Shown here: one piece after another, positions 6,075 through 14,572 of the stretch
Numbering within the stretch: position 1 is the first letter of the stretch
How the letters are laid out: the number at the start of each line of letters is the position of its first letter
IMG/VR virus record: IMGVR_UViG_3300046788_000003
Location: 1 to 26,214 of that record
Reading direction: 5' to 3' (one strand)
Length of the DNA: 26,214 nt
Source: a virus
Taxonomy: Duplodnaviria > Caudoviricetes
Made by a program: the position numbers and the translations under genes
The notes under the pieces: generated by a model
The model's database searches: none
Told to the model about the DNA's origin: nothing
The model's input: only the letters and a program-made list of their open reading frames with translations

Positions 6075-8575
6075 TGCAGTCTCCTATCTTGTCGATTGCA
6101 GAGATGAACCGTGAACTTGAACATCTTGTGCATGCATCAGGCTTGGACTTTGATTGTGGTTGTGGTGGGCGATTGACCAGCACCATCGCAATCGTGGCAG
6201 AGGCACCTGGGGAACGCGAGGTTCAACAGAAGACTCCACTAATCGGAGGATCAGGTCGATACTTATGGGACGTGCTTCGTAAAGACAGGATCACGAGAAA
6301 CGATGTTTATGTTACAAATGTGGTGAAGCGCAAGCTGGTGTCAGCAGCCGAAGGGATCACACTCGATGAGAAACAAACCAAGCTCACGCTCAGCAAGGAT
6401 GAGCGAGCGCAGTGGCGTCATATACTATGGGAGGAGTTGTCACGTCTACCTGATCTGCGGTTTGTTGTGGCGCTTGGCTCATATGCTCTCCAAGCACTCG
6501 TAGGCTACGACGCAATCACCAAAGTGCGTGGCTCTGTCTACGATGTAGACATTGCCGGTAGGAGAGTAAGGGTGCTAGCCACGTTCAATCCTGCACATGT
6601 CATGCGTGAGGCACGCATGGAGATCGTGTTCCGCATGGACTTGAACAAGTTGCAGAAGTTGATCAAGGGCTCGTTCCATGTTCCGCGTATCGAAGCACTC
6701 ATCAATCCAACCTATCGTGAGGCACTCGATTTCATACGCTATGCCTCTACACTCAGCACTCCGCTTGCCTATGACATTGAAACTATGGCTGGTGAGACAG
6801 CATGTGTTGGTTTCGCGCCTACGAATGAGATGGGGATTTGTATTAACTTCCGTTCGCAAGGACAGAACCATTACACTCTTGACCAGGAGCGCGACATCCG
6901 ACTGGCGCTACAGTCACTCCTTTCTAGCACACGAACGCAGCTTGTGGCACAGAATGGACACTACGATGCAACGTGGTTATGGTTCAAGGATCGTATTCGC
7001 GTTCACGCGCATTGGTTCGACACTATGCTCGCACACCATTTTCTATACCCAGGACTGCCACACGATCTTGGTTTTATCACTGCCCAGTATACCGACCATC
7101 CCTACTACAAGGACGAAGGCAAGTTGTGGCGAGAGGAAGGAGACATCGACTCCTTCTGGGAATACAACGTCAAGGACTGCTGCATAACGCGCATGTCCGC
7201 TGAGCGTATGGAGCAAGAGCTTATCGACAACAAGCTACATGCTACGTTCCACAACCATGTGATGCGACTGCAACCCGAACTCGTGCAGATGACAATCAAT
7301 GGAGTGCAAGCAGATGAGCGACTCAAGTCACGGTTTGCCGATGACCTCGGAGCAAGCCTCGATACTGCAAGAGAGGTTTGCCAAGTCAAGGCTCGTGTGG
7401 CAACTGGCAGGTCAGATTACGAGTTTAATCCCAGAAGCCCTGCTCAACTTAATCAACTCTTCTTTGCAGACTTGCGCTTGGTCGGACGAGGAACGTCAAC
7501 AGATAAGGAGAATAGGGATCGTATTAGAAGGCATCCACGAACTCCACCGGCAGCTAGAGACCTTATCGCAGCCATTGATCGATACTTACAAGAGGCCAAG
7601 TTCGTCAGCACCTACGTTGGTGCAGAACCAGACAGTGACGGTAGATGGCGTTCAGCCTACAAGCAAACAGGAGTAGCGTCTGCACCGGGTCGGTTGTCGA
7701 GTAGCCAGACCGCTTGGGGAACTGGGCTGAACATGCAAACAATTCCAACTGCGGCGAAGGGTATGTTCGTAGCCCAACCAGGGTGGATGTTCAGCTACTT
7801 CGATCTTGCCCAAGCAGAGTCTCGGATCGTTGCCTACCTTGCCGACATTTTGAAGTGGCAAGAACAGTTCGAACGTGCCAGATTACATCCCGGCACGTAT
7901 GACTGTCATCGTGCCCTAGCAGCCGAGATGTATAGGATAGGCTATGAGCAAGTTCCGAGAGCAGACCACACTCCTGAGGGAGAGCACACCATTCGGTTTA
8001 CAGCCAAGCGTTGTAGACACGGGCTGTCCTACCGGATGGCACCGGATAAACTGGCAGCAGTTGCAGGGTTGTCAAGCGTTGAAGCTGAACAAGCATATCG
8101 ACTTTTCCATGTGGCAAGCCCAGAGGTCCAACTGTGGTGGGATGACCTTGTTGCGCTCGTTAGACGGGACCGGGCAATCACTACTTGTCTTGGAAGAAGA
8201 TGGCTCCTGCTAGAGCGGTGGGACGATGCTGCGCTTGACAGCATAGTTGCCTTCGAACCACAGAGCATCTGTGGCGATCACTGCTCAAGTGTGATATACA
8301 AGTCACACAACGACCCCGACTGGCCACCGTCCGCTCGCATCCTGATGAATGTCCACGACAGCAACGTGGCGATCCACAAGCCAGAGGATGGTGAGCAAGT
8401 TCGGGCTATCATGAAGAAGTATGCGGAGCAACCGCTATACATCAACTCCGTGCGCAACCGACTGCGTGGCGCCGTCGCGCTACAATCGTGTATAATACCA
8501 GCAGAGTTCAAAGCAAGCGTGCCTGATACCGATGGTGTCCACCGGTTGAGCAGCCTAGAGGATATACAAGCATGA
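6071..8575 (+). CDS. Family A DNA polymerase with an N-terminal uracil-DNA-glycosylase-like domain and a 3'-5' exonuclease domain
   Basis: UDG-like: VAEAPGERE, LIGGSGRYL, YVTNVVK, VVALGSYA, TFNPA. Exonuclease: YDIET, QNGHYD, FDTMLAHH, YNVKD. Polymerase: GRLSS, NMQTIP, motif A FDLAQAESR, motif B RFTAKRCRHGLSY, motif C NVHDS. RBS GGAGGA precedes ATG 6071. Confidence 0.93.
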   Translation: MMQSPILSIAEMNRELEHLVHASGLDFDCGCGGRLTSTIAIVAEAPGEREVQQKTPLIGGSGRYLWDVLRKDRITRNDVYVTNVVKRKLVSAAEGITLDEKQTKLTLSKDERAQWRHILWEELSRLPDLRFVVALGSYALQALVGYDAITKVRGSVYDVDIAGRRVRVLATFNPAHVMREARMEIVFRMDLNKLQKLIKGSFHVPRIEALINPTYREALDFIRYASTLSTPLAYDIETMAGETACVGFAPTNEMGICINFRSQGQNHYTLDQERDIRLALQSLLSSTRTQLVAQNGHYDATWLWFKDRIRVHAHWFDTMLAHHFLYPGLPHDLGFITAQYTDHPYYKDEGKLWREEGDIDSFWEYNVKDCCITRMSAERMEQELIDNKLHATFHNHVMRLQPELVQMTINGVQADERLKSRFADDLGASLDTAREVCQVKARVATGRSDYEFNPRSPAQLNQLFFADLRLVGRGTSTDKENRDRIRRHPRTPPAARDLIAAIDRYLQEAKFVSTYVGAEPDSDGRWRSAYKQTGVASAPGRLSSSQTAWGTGLNMQTIPTAAKGMFVAQPGWMFSYFDLAQAESRIVAYLADILKWQEQFERARLHPGTYDCHRALAAEMYRIGYEQVPRADHTPEGEHTIRFTAKRCRHGLSYRMAPDKLAAVAGLSSVEAEQAYRLFHVASPEVQLWWDDLVALVRRDRAITTCLGRRWLLLERWDDAALDSIVAFEPQSICGDHCSSVIYKSHNDPDWPPSARILMNVHDSNVAIHKPEDGEQVRAIMKKYAEQPLYINSVRNRLRGAVALQSCIIPAEFKASVPDTDGVHRLSSLEDIQA
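7314..7676 (+). CDS. Candidate overprinted gene in the +1 frame inside the polymerase (120 aa, hypothetical)
   Basis: GGAG at 7301-7304 precedes ATG 7314, the product starts MSD like four other genes here, and it has a helical-looking core. Polymerase codons are atypical over the overlap. Confidence 0.4.
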   Translation: MSDSSHGLPMTSEQASILQERFAKSRLVWQLAGQITSLIPEALLNLINSSLQTCAWSDEERQQIRRIGIVLEGIHELHRQLETLSQPLIDTYKRPSSSAPTLVQNQTVTVDGVQPTSKQE

Positions 8576-9048
8576 GGAACATACCGCTTACACAAGGCAA
8601 GGTCGCCATCGTTGATGATGAAGACTACAATCTCGTTGTGCAACACACGTGGCAGGCACAACGTGACGGTCGCACTTGGTATGCACTGAGTGGACGCAGA
8701 GGTAAACCTGTGCTCATCATGCACAGGCTGATCTACTATCCTCCCGATGGCATGCTTGTCGATCACATTGATCGCAACGGCTTGAACAATGTGCGCAGCA
8801 ATCTGCGATGGGTGACACGTGCACAGAATGCACTGAACACATCACTGTCTGTGCCGAGTTCAGGCTATCGTGGCGTCACGCTACACAAGAACGGCAGGTG
8901 GCAGGTGATGATACAGAACAATGGCAAGGCCCGATACATCGGGCTGTTCGATACACCAGAGGAAGGAGCACGGGCCTATGATGCAGCAGCTATGCAACAT
9001 CATGGAGACTTTGCACTGCTCAACTTCCCACTAGATGAACTTATCTAG
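8572..9048 (+). CDS. HNH-AP2 endonuclease
   Basis: IPLTQGKVAIVDDED, MHRLI, VDHIDRNGLNNVRSNLR and AP2 SGYRGV...GRWQVMI...IGLFDTPEEGARAYD. ATGA overlap with the polymerase stop. Confidence 0.92.
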   Translation: MRNIPLTQGKVAIVDDEDYNLVVQHTWQAQRDGRTWYALSGRRGKPVLIMHRLIYYPPDGMLVDHIDRNGLNNVRSNLRWVTRAQNALNTSLSVPSSGYRGVTLHKNGRWQVMIQNNGKARYIGLFDTPEEGARAYDAAAMQHHGDFALLNFPLDELI

Positions 9049-10284
9049 CACCTGCTCTCCTAAGCCACGCGACAGAAGCAAATTAGTGCCCCGGATGTAG
9101 TCCGTAGGCCGACCTCGACCACTGTCATTGGCAAGCTCAAATCGCTGAACCGCGCCGATCTCATGAAGAATTTCGATCAAGGACAGGAACTCATCATGGT
9201 CAACATGGTGCCTGCATTTGAGATAGAGCTTGTGCCGTGGCACAGGGTCCATGCCAGTAGACACCAGCATGCTACGTAGAGCATCGAGTGCCGAGACATA
9301 CTTCGTCTTGGTCTCAGCGGTCTCGAAGATGTTGCCGCTCTCATCCTTCAGTTGCGTGACCAATTGCACCGCAACGTTGACGTGGCTGCGGTGAACAAGC
9401 CATGAACCATCATTGATGCAGAGTAGCGCAGCCACACGCAGCACATGTGCATCCTCACGAGCCTCGAATGATTGCTTGAATGCATCAAGCGCACGCGGCC
9501 TATTGTTATACCATCGCGTGTATGCTGTGAGTGCATCAGGATGCATGTGTATGCCACCATGTGTGCGTGCACGGTCACGTATGCCACGCAACCCTGTCAC
9601 CAATGCATCGGTGTGATCAGGTGCATTCACATCTGGCCACGAGATACTACGCTTAGCTTCATTGGCGATGACGAAGAGGCAGCGGGAGGTGAAGCCTCCT
9701 TCCACCACGTTGGGATTGACTGCCTTAAGTAGCCACACTGGAGTGCTGGCAGTAAGGAAGCTGATCCAAACGTTCCGTTGAATGCACTCACCCCGCGCAA
9801 TAGTTCCTCCGCCACGTCTAAAGGAAGGGCAGTCGTAGAGATCAGTGAGAAGAGTTGGCATTGTCGCGACGTATCGTTCGGTTCCCAAGAACACCGCCAG
9901 TTCGGGGATCGTGATACACATCTGCGCACTGCCATGTTCCACACTCCTCTCATGTAGTGTCTTGTCAAGAGCCTCAGGTGTCATCTTGGCATCGAGGATC
10001 ACCACTTCGTCACGATCACCAAGCATTGGACGCACGAGCTTGTTGGCTGTCCACACACTGGTGGACTTGCGTGCTACGCCACTGTCACCAACGAGCACCA
10101 CATACATGTTCATGAACACAGGTGCACGTGGGCGATCCACATACGTAGACCGACCACACGCTGCACTGACGCACCACATGGCGCACCACCAGTCGAATGC
10201 GTATGCACTCTCTTGGTTCGACATGTGTTGCAGGTAGAGACCGAGGAAGCTACTCGGTGGAACTAAGCGTGCGTAATCCTTCAC
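9031..10284 (-). CDS. DUF3987/YfjI-like P-loop NTPase (putative replicative helicase-like) with a C-terminal winged helix
   Basis: NMYVVLVGDSGVARKSTS, TPEAL, LTDLYD, GGFTSRCLFV and C-terminal GRGRP. GTG 10284 overlaps the upstream stop (GTGA). Confidence 0.7.
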   Translation of the reverse strand: MKDYARLVPPSSFLGLYLQHMSNQESAYAFDWWCAMWCVSAACGRSTYVDRPRAPVFMNMYVVLVGDSGVARKSTSVWTANKLVRPMLGDRDEVVILDAKMTPEALDKTLHERSVEHGSAQMCITIPELAVFLGTERYVATMPTLLTDLYDCPSFRRGGGTIARGECIQRNVWISFLTASTPVWLLKAVNPNVVEGGFTSRCLFVIANEAKRSISWPDVNAPDHTDALVTGLRGIRDRARTHGGIHMHPDALTAYTRWYNNRPRALDAFKQSFEAREDAHVLRVAALLCINDGSWLVHRSHVNVAVQLVTQLKDESGNIFETAETKTKYVSALDALRSMLVSTGMDPVPRHKLYLKCRHHVDHDEFLSLIEILHEIGAVQRFELANDSGRGRPTDYIRGTNLLLSRGLGEQVLDKFI

Positions 10285-10478
10285 ACCAAGTCCTTCTCCG
10301 CAGCTAACCACTGTGGCATGGTCATCGTGCTTGTTGCGTCATCCCATTGGCACTGCGACTTCGGCACCCATACAGCATCAGGTGCCTTATCGTGATCGAA
10401 CAGCCATGCCTTCTCAGTCTCACCAACTATGTCACCCTTGAAGTCTAGTAGCTTATTGTTGTCCCGCTTGCTGACCAT
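10281..10478 (-). CDS. Small hypothetical phage protein
   Basis: 65 aa with an ETEKAWLF...WVPKSQ...MPQWLA pattern. It fills the gap between genes and is coupled to the NTPase start. Confidence 0.75.
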   Translation of the reverse strand: MVSKRDNNKLLDFKGDIVGETEKAWLFDHDKAPDAVWVPKSQCQWDDATSTMTMPQWLAAEKDLV

Positions 10479-10488
10479 CTATGCACAC

Positions 10489-13400
10489 CTAGTTGAATTG
10501 CTCTGGTCCCTTCTGCCAGTCTACATCCTCAATGTGGATAGGTCTACCGACTCGTGTGCTCATCGCGTATTCCATGTCTGCAACCATTGCGTTTATGAGC
10601 CTATACTTATCAGCAATTCTACGCTGCTGATCATTCATCCACTCACGTCGCTCAGTCACATCCATACCAGATGCATCGACTGCATGCAATTGCTTCTTCA
10701 ACTCTGTGATCTCTTTGGTCCTACTGGTCATGCGTGACTTGTAAGCCTCTGCAATATAATAGATACCCTGCATCGTCGGGTCGGTAGGTATCTTCGTCTC
10801 GTTGCTCATAGGCACTGGTTGAGCGTAGCGACTACGGCTGGTCTGACCCTCTGCCGTTACATCAGTGCGTGCCCCTGGTATCTTATTGATCGCATACAGC
10901 TTACGCTCTGTCTGTTCTACAATTGGAGCCTGTGATCCCAATCTGACTTGATGCTCCCATAGGAAGTTGAATTGTGGATTACGATCCTCCATACCCTGTA
11001 TCCAGTCGTGCCCACTCATACCAAGTGCAGCAGACCAACTACCCGTCTGCTCAGCATAGCGTGATACGTTCTGCGCACCTTCCCATGATACAGCAGCAAG
11101 GCCGAATACAGCCTGAAGCAAGTTACCGAACACTTTGCCTTCTACACTATCCAATGGACCATCAGGCACCTGGTTAGGCAAATTCTGTGGGCGTGTGTTG
11201 ATTGGTGAGCGATAACTATCTACTAATGCCTTACCGTGGATCTTGCCATTCCAGTCCATATGGCCTGCATACGGCGGTAGATTAGCGAAGTCCACTGCAT
11301 CCACAGCGCCGTGTATCACTGAGTCCCTACTCGCCATGCTGACATGACTGCCAAGGAAGTCAACGATGCCGTTCCATATGTTCTTGTAAGCATCAGGATC
11401 ATGTTGCAACGCAGCGATGTTCATCACCTTGGCAACCAACTCAGTCATGAATGCCTTCGGTGCGCGTAGCTCCTGTGCCACTGGTATCATCGTGGGTTGG
11501 CGTGGATCGCTGCCTGTAGCGAAGATGAAGTTGGCTGCACGCTGTTGCGTGGACAACTCATTCTCGTAGTAGTCCATGTGTTCATGGCTACGCATGTGCG
11601 TCAGCAGTTCGATCAACGCAAGTGAGCCAAGTGCTGTAGCCATTGTCATCGGTGCACCAACTGGACGCTCACCAATCGAGCGGCCTAGTCGTGCTGTGCC
11701 CTGTAGACCAATGTTGGCGTATGGCAACACACTCGTGACCTTGCGTAGCAATTCATTGCTACCATGCTGACCAGGGTTGCCAGTCAAGTTGCGCGTCTCA
11801 TACGTGAGTTGATCACGTGTGAGGTTGGGGTTGTCCCAATTCAGGTTGGCGAAGTAGTCATGTCCTGCATCACTCAAGTGGCCCATCGCCTCTGACACAG
11901 CACGGTTCAGGTTCATTGCAATAGGCACAACATGGCCTTTGCCATACGCACCTTCACTGAAGAACAACTTCGGCACGAGGTGCGCTGCGAGCAATGATGC
12001 TTGCTTGTTACCGGGTATCTGCAACGATGGTAGATCAGTGGCAACTGGAATGCCCATGCCACCAATGCCCATGCCCGGCTTCTGTGCAGTCTTGGTTGCC
12101 TCATACACACGCTGCAACGTGTCCTGCCACGTGTTCACATACGCATCACCATGATGCGCACGCATGTAGTTGTTGATCCAGTTGTCTTGGCCTTGCTCTA
12201 TGATCCGAGCAGCACGACCGATCCACCGATCACCTACACCACGGAAGTAGCTGTAGCCTACACCAATTGGTGTCGTTGTCACAGTGTCAATGCCACGTGC
12301 AATTGGTGACACCACGTTGGCTACGTTAGCAGGCAGGTTGCGTTGTGCAATGCGATCTAGCAATCCACCGTAGCTGCCTTTGGGTGCATTGATGCCCATT
12401 GTAGCAGTGGTGTAGCCAACGTTCGCTAGTGGTGCGATGCGTCCACTCACCAGTGAGCCTACACCTGTGGTCATGTATGTATACATGCGACGTGGCAGCG
12501 TCAGCAAGCCTGTGCCAACCTCGCGCTTGCGTAGGCTGTTGCCACTCATTGCATTGAACCAATCAGGATGGTCAATGCGTGTGAACGTTGGTCCCGTTGC
12601 GTTGCGTATGGTTATGACAGGTTCACGGAACTGTCCACCTGAGTAGAATGATGGCGTGCCCTGTGCAGGTGATGGCACGTCATACATGAACTGTGCAGCA
12701 CCAGGGAAGTCACGCTGCGTCTTCATATATGAGCTACGCAACCTGCGGTTCAGGTCGTTCAGGTGTATCTGCTGATACAACTCATCAATGTGTTGAGCTA
12801 AGTTGTAGATTGCATGTGAGTTCACTTGATCAGTGCCCGTTGCAATCGTCCTGTCACGACGCTGCATTGGGTTCTTTGTCTCACCACCGGGCAGTGCCTC
12901 AGGCACATGATGCGGATGCGTTCGTAAGAGGTCGGTCACTTCAGTTGGTGTGAAGAAGCCATGCGCTTGACCAATGCGCACCATGCCAGGACTGGACACT
13001 TGGAAGAAGCGATCCATCATGTCCTTGAGTTGTGGATCAGCTTCAGCACGCTGAATGATTGTATCCAGTTGTGCATCATCTTGGTTCTTGAAGTTGTGCC
13101 TGATGTCATCAGGTGTCGGTGTCTTGCCTGGATTGTTGCGTCTGAACTCCATCGCATTGTCGAAGCGATTGTCCTTCTCATCCCATGCATGGAGTGCGTC
13201 ATTGAGCACCTTGTAGCGATCAGGTTCATCAACCTTCACGTCGGCGAAGTCTCGCATCAGCTTGACAGGACTAGGGATGCTGACACCAGACTCAACATCG
13301 CGTCCTGTCTCTAGGAAGTTGCCGAGCTTCGTCTTCCACCTGATGTCATCATGCACCACACCGAACGTGTGTGCCAATGCTTCAGAGGTTGTTGGGTCCG

Positions 13401-14568
13401 CAGACATGCGTATTGCATCTTGCATCTGCGCATTGCTATTCAGCAATTGGTCATTCACGTAGTTGGTGGCACGCCTGAACTTGTTCTGTTCAGGTAGCGG
13501 TGGTGGTGTTGGTTGCGTCACTGCTCCCGCTGGTGAAATCTCACTGCCACCACGCAGGATGCGTTCGTTGTTGTAGTCAGCAGCTTGACCTGCATACTCA
13601 GGATTGTTGAACCGAGCAGTGCGATCTACATCATTGATCACACGACTAGTGCCGTGGAAGTATTTACCTGCACCAATGGCAATGGCGCCTATTGCAAGTG
13701 TGCCAAGTGCCTGTCCCACAGTCATGCCTGTGTAGCCAGTGGCACCGAATGTCGGTGCGGGTGGCGTCTGCATGCCTTGGAACACACCAGTCAGACCAAT
13801 GTCTGATGCACCATCTGTTGACAGGTTCGGTGACGCAGGTTGTGCTTGCGTAGGACGCAATACACTAGCTAGACCAATGCTGTCTGTTGACTGCGTAGGC
13901 TGAGGTTGGTCCTCTGCGAAGATTGCTCCACCTGATGGTGCAGCTTGTGGTGTTGCTGCATGTGCAGTGTCACCCAAGCCTGCAAGTCCAGCGTTAGCAA
14001 GCCCGATGCCGGTAGCGATTGGGATGTTGGCACGTAGGCTCTCAGTGGATGGTGCAATGAAACCTGCAATGGTCTTAGCACCACGTGGCACTAAGCTCGT
14101 GAGTGCACGTGCTGCACCACCGGGCACAATGGGAACAATGCCACCGAGTGTTGAGCCTACAATGTCGAGTGTGCGATCATTGGGATCGTTTGGATCAGTG
14201 CGCTCCAGTGGCGTATGCGCAGCAATGAAGTCCTGCACTCCACTACGTGTCTGCTCAAGATGCTCACCTGCTGCACGCATCCAATCAGGTGCACCACCGA
14301 AGTGTGTGCCAAGTCCAGCATTGCTAAGTGTTGCAGCGGCATCGGTCATTGCGCCACCCATGCCAATCAAGCCTTCAGCAAACCCCGCACCCGGTATGTA
14401 ACCAGCTACACCAGGGAGTTGCCTGTCAGGCATGAGCAGTGCAGGCATCATGGAGCCTGTTGAGTTGAAGAACTTCCTCAGCCCAAGGTTCGTTGCATCA
14501 CGCTCAGCTTGCTGTTCCTCTTCAGGCTTCTGTAGATAAGGCAGGTTGGTTACAACGGCCATCGTCAA
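10489..14568 (-). CDS. Large internal virion / DNA ejection protein (1359 aa)
   Basis: Called from size, position at the end of a podovirus-type virion operon, and Gly/Ala-rich hydrophobic segments. No catalytic motif was recognised. Confidence 0.7.
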   Translation of the reverse strand: MTMAVVTNLPYLQKPEEEQQAERDATNLGLRKFFNSTGSMMPALLMPDRQLPGVAGYIPGAGFAEGLIGMGGAMTDAAATLSNAGLGTHFGGAPDWMRAAGEHLEQTRSGVQDFIAAHTPLERTDPNDPNDRTLDIVGSTLGGIVPIVPGGAARALTSLVPRGAKTIAGFIAPSTESLRANIPIATGIGLANAGLAGLGDTAHAATPQAAPSGGAIFAEDQPQPTQSTDSIGLASVLRPTQAQPASPNLSTDGASDIGLTGVFQGMQTPPAPTFGATGYTGMTVGQALGTLAIGAIAIGAGKYFHGTSRVINDVDRTARFNNPEYAGQAADYNNERILRGGSEISPAGAVTQPTPPPLPEQNKFRRATNYVNDQLLNSNAQMQDAIRMSADPTTSEALAHTFGVVHDDIRWKTKLGNFLETGRDVESGVSIPSPVKLMRDFADVKVDEPDRYKVLNDALHAWDEKDNRFDNAMEFRRNNPGKTPTPDDIRHNFKNQDDAQLDTIIQRAEADPQLKDMMDRFFQVSSPGMVRIGQAHGFFTPTEVTDLLRTHPHHVPEALPGGETKNPMQRRDRTIATGTDQVNSHAIYNLAQHIDELYQQIHLNDLNRRLRSSYMKTQRDFPGAAQFMYDVPSPAQGTPSFYSGGQFREPVITIRNATGPTFTRIDHPDWFNAMSGNSLRKREVGTGLLTLPRRMYTYMTTGVGSLVSGRIAPLANVGYTTATMGINAPKGSYGGLLDRIAQRNLPANVANVVSPIARGIDTVTTTPIGVGYSYFRGVGDRWIGRAARIIEQGQDNWINNYMRAHHGDAYVNTWQDTLQRVYEATKTAQKPGMGIGGMGIPVATDLPSLQIPGNKQASLLAAHLVPKLFFSEGAYGKGHVVPIAMNLNRAVSEAMGHLSDAGHDYFANLNWDNPNLTRDQLTYETRNLTGNPGQHGSNELLRKVTSVLPYANIGLQGTARLGRSIGERPVGAPMTMATALGSLALIELLTHMRSHEHMDYYENELSTQQRAANFIFATGSDPRQPTMIPVAQELRAPKAFMTELVAKVMNIAALQHDPDAYKNIWNGIVDFLGSHVSMASRDSVIHGAVDAVDFANLPPYAGHMDWNGKIHGKALVDSYRSPINTRPQNLPNQVPDGPLDSVEGKVFGNLLQAVFGLAAVSWEGAQNVSRYAEQTGSWSAALGMSGHDWIQGMEDRNPQFNFLWEHQVRLGSQAPIVEQTERKLYAINKIPGARTDVTAEGQTSRSRYAQPVPMSNETKIPTDPTMQGIYYIAEAYKSRMTSRTKEITELKKQLHAVDASGMDVTERREWMNDQQRRIADKYRLINAMVADMEYAMSTRVGRPIHIEDVDWQKGPEQFN

Positions 14569-14572
14569 TCAC

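Noticed and set aside
8491-8496. Perfect TATAAT about 75 nt upstream of the last HNH gene
   Set aside because: No -35 at 17 bp and no correctly spaced TGn extension; too weak to call a promoter.
6071-8575. Intron or intein within the polymerase
   Set aside because: The reading frame is continuous with normally spaced motifs, and the HNH genes lie outside it.
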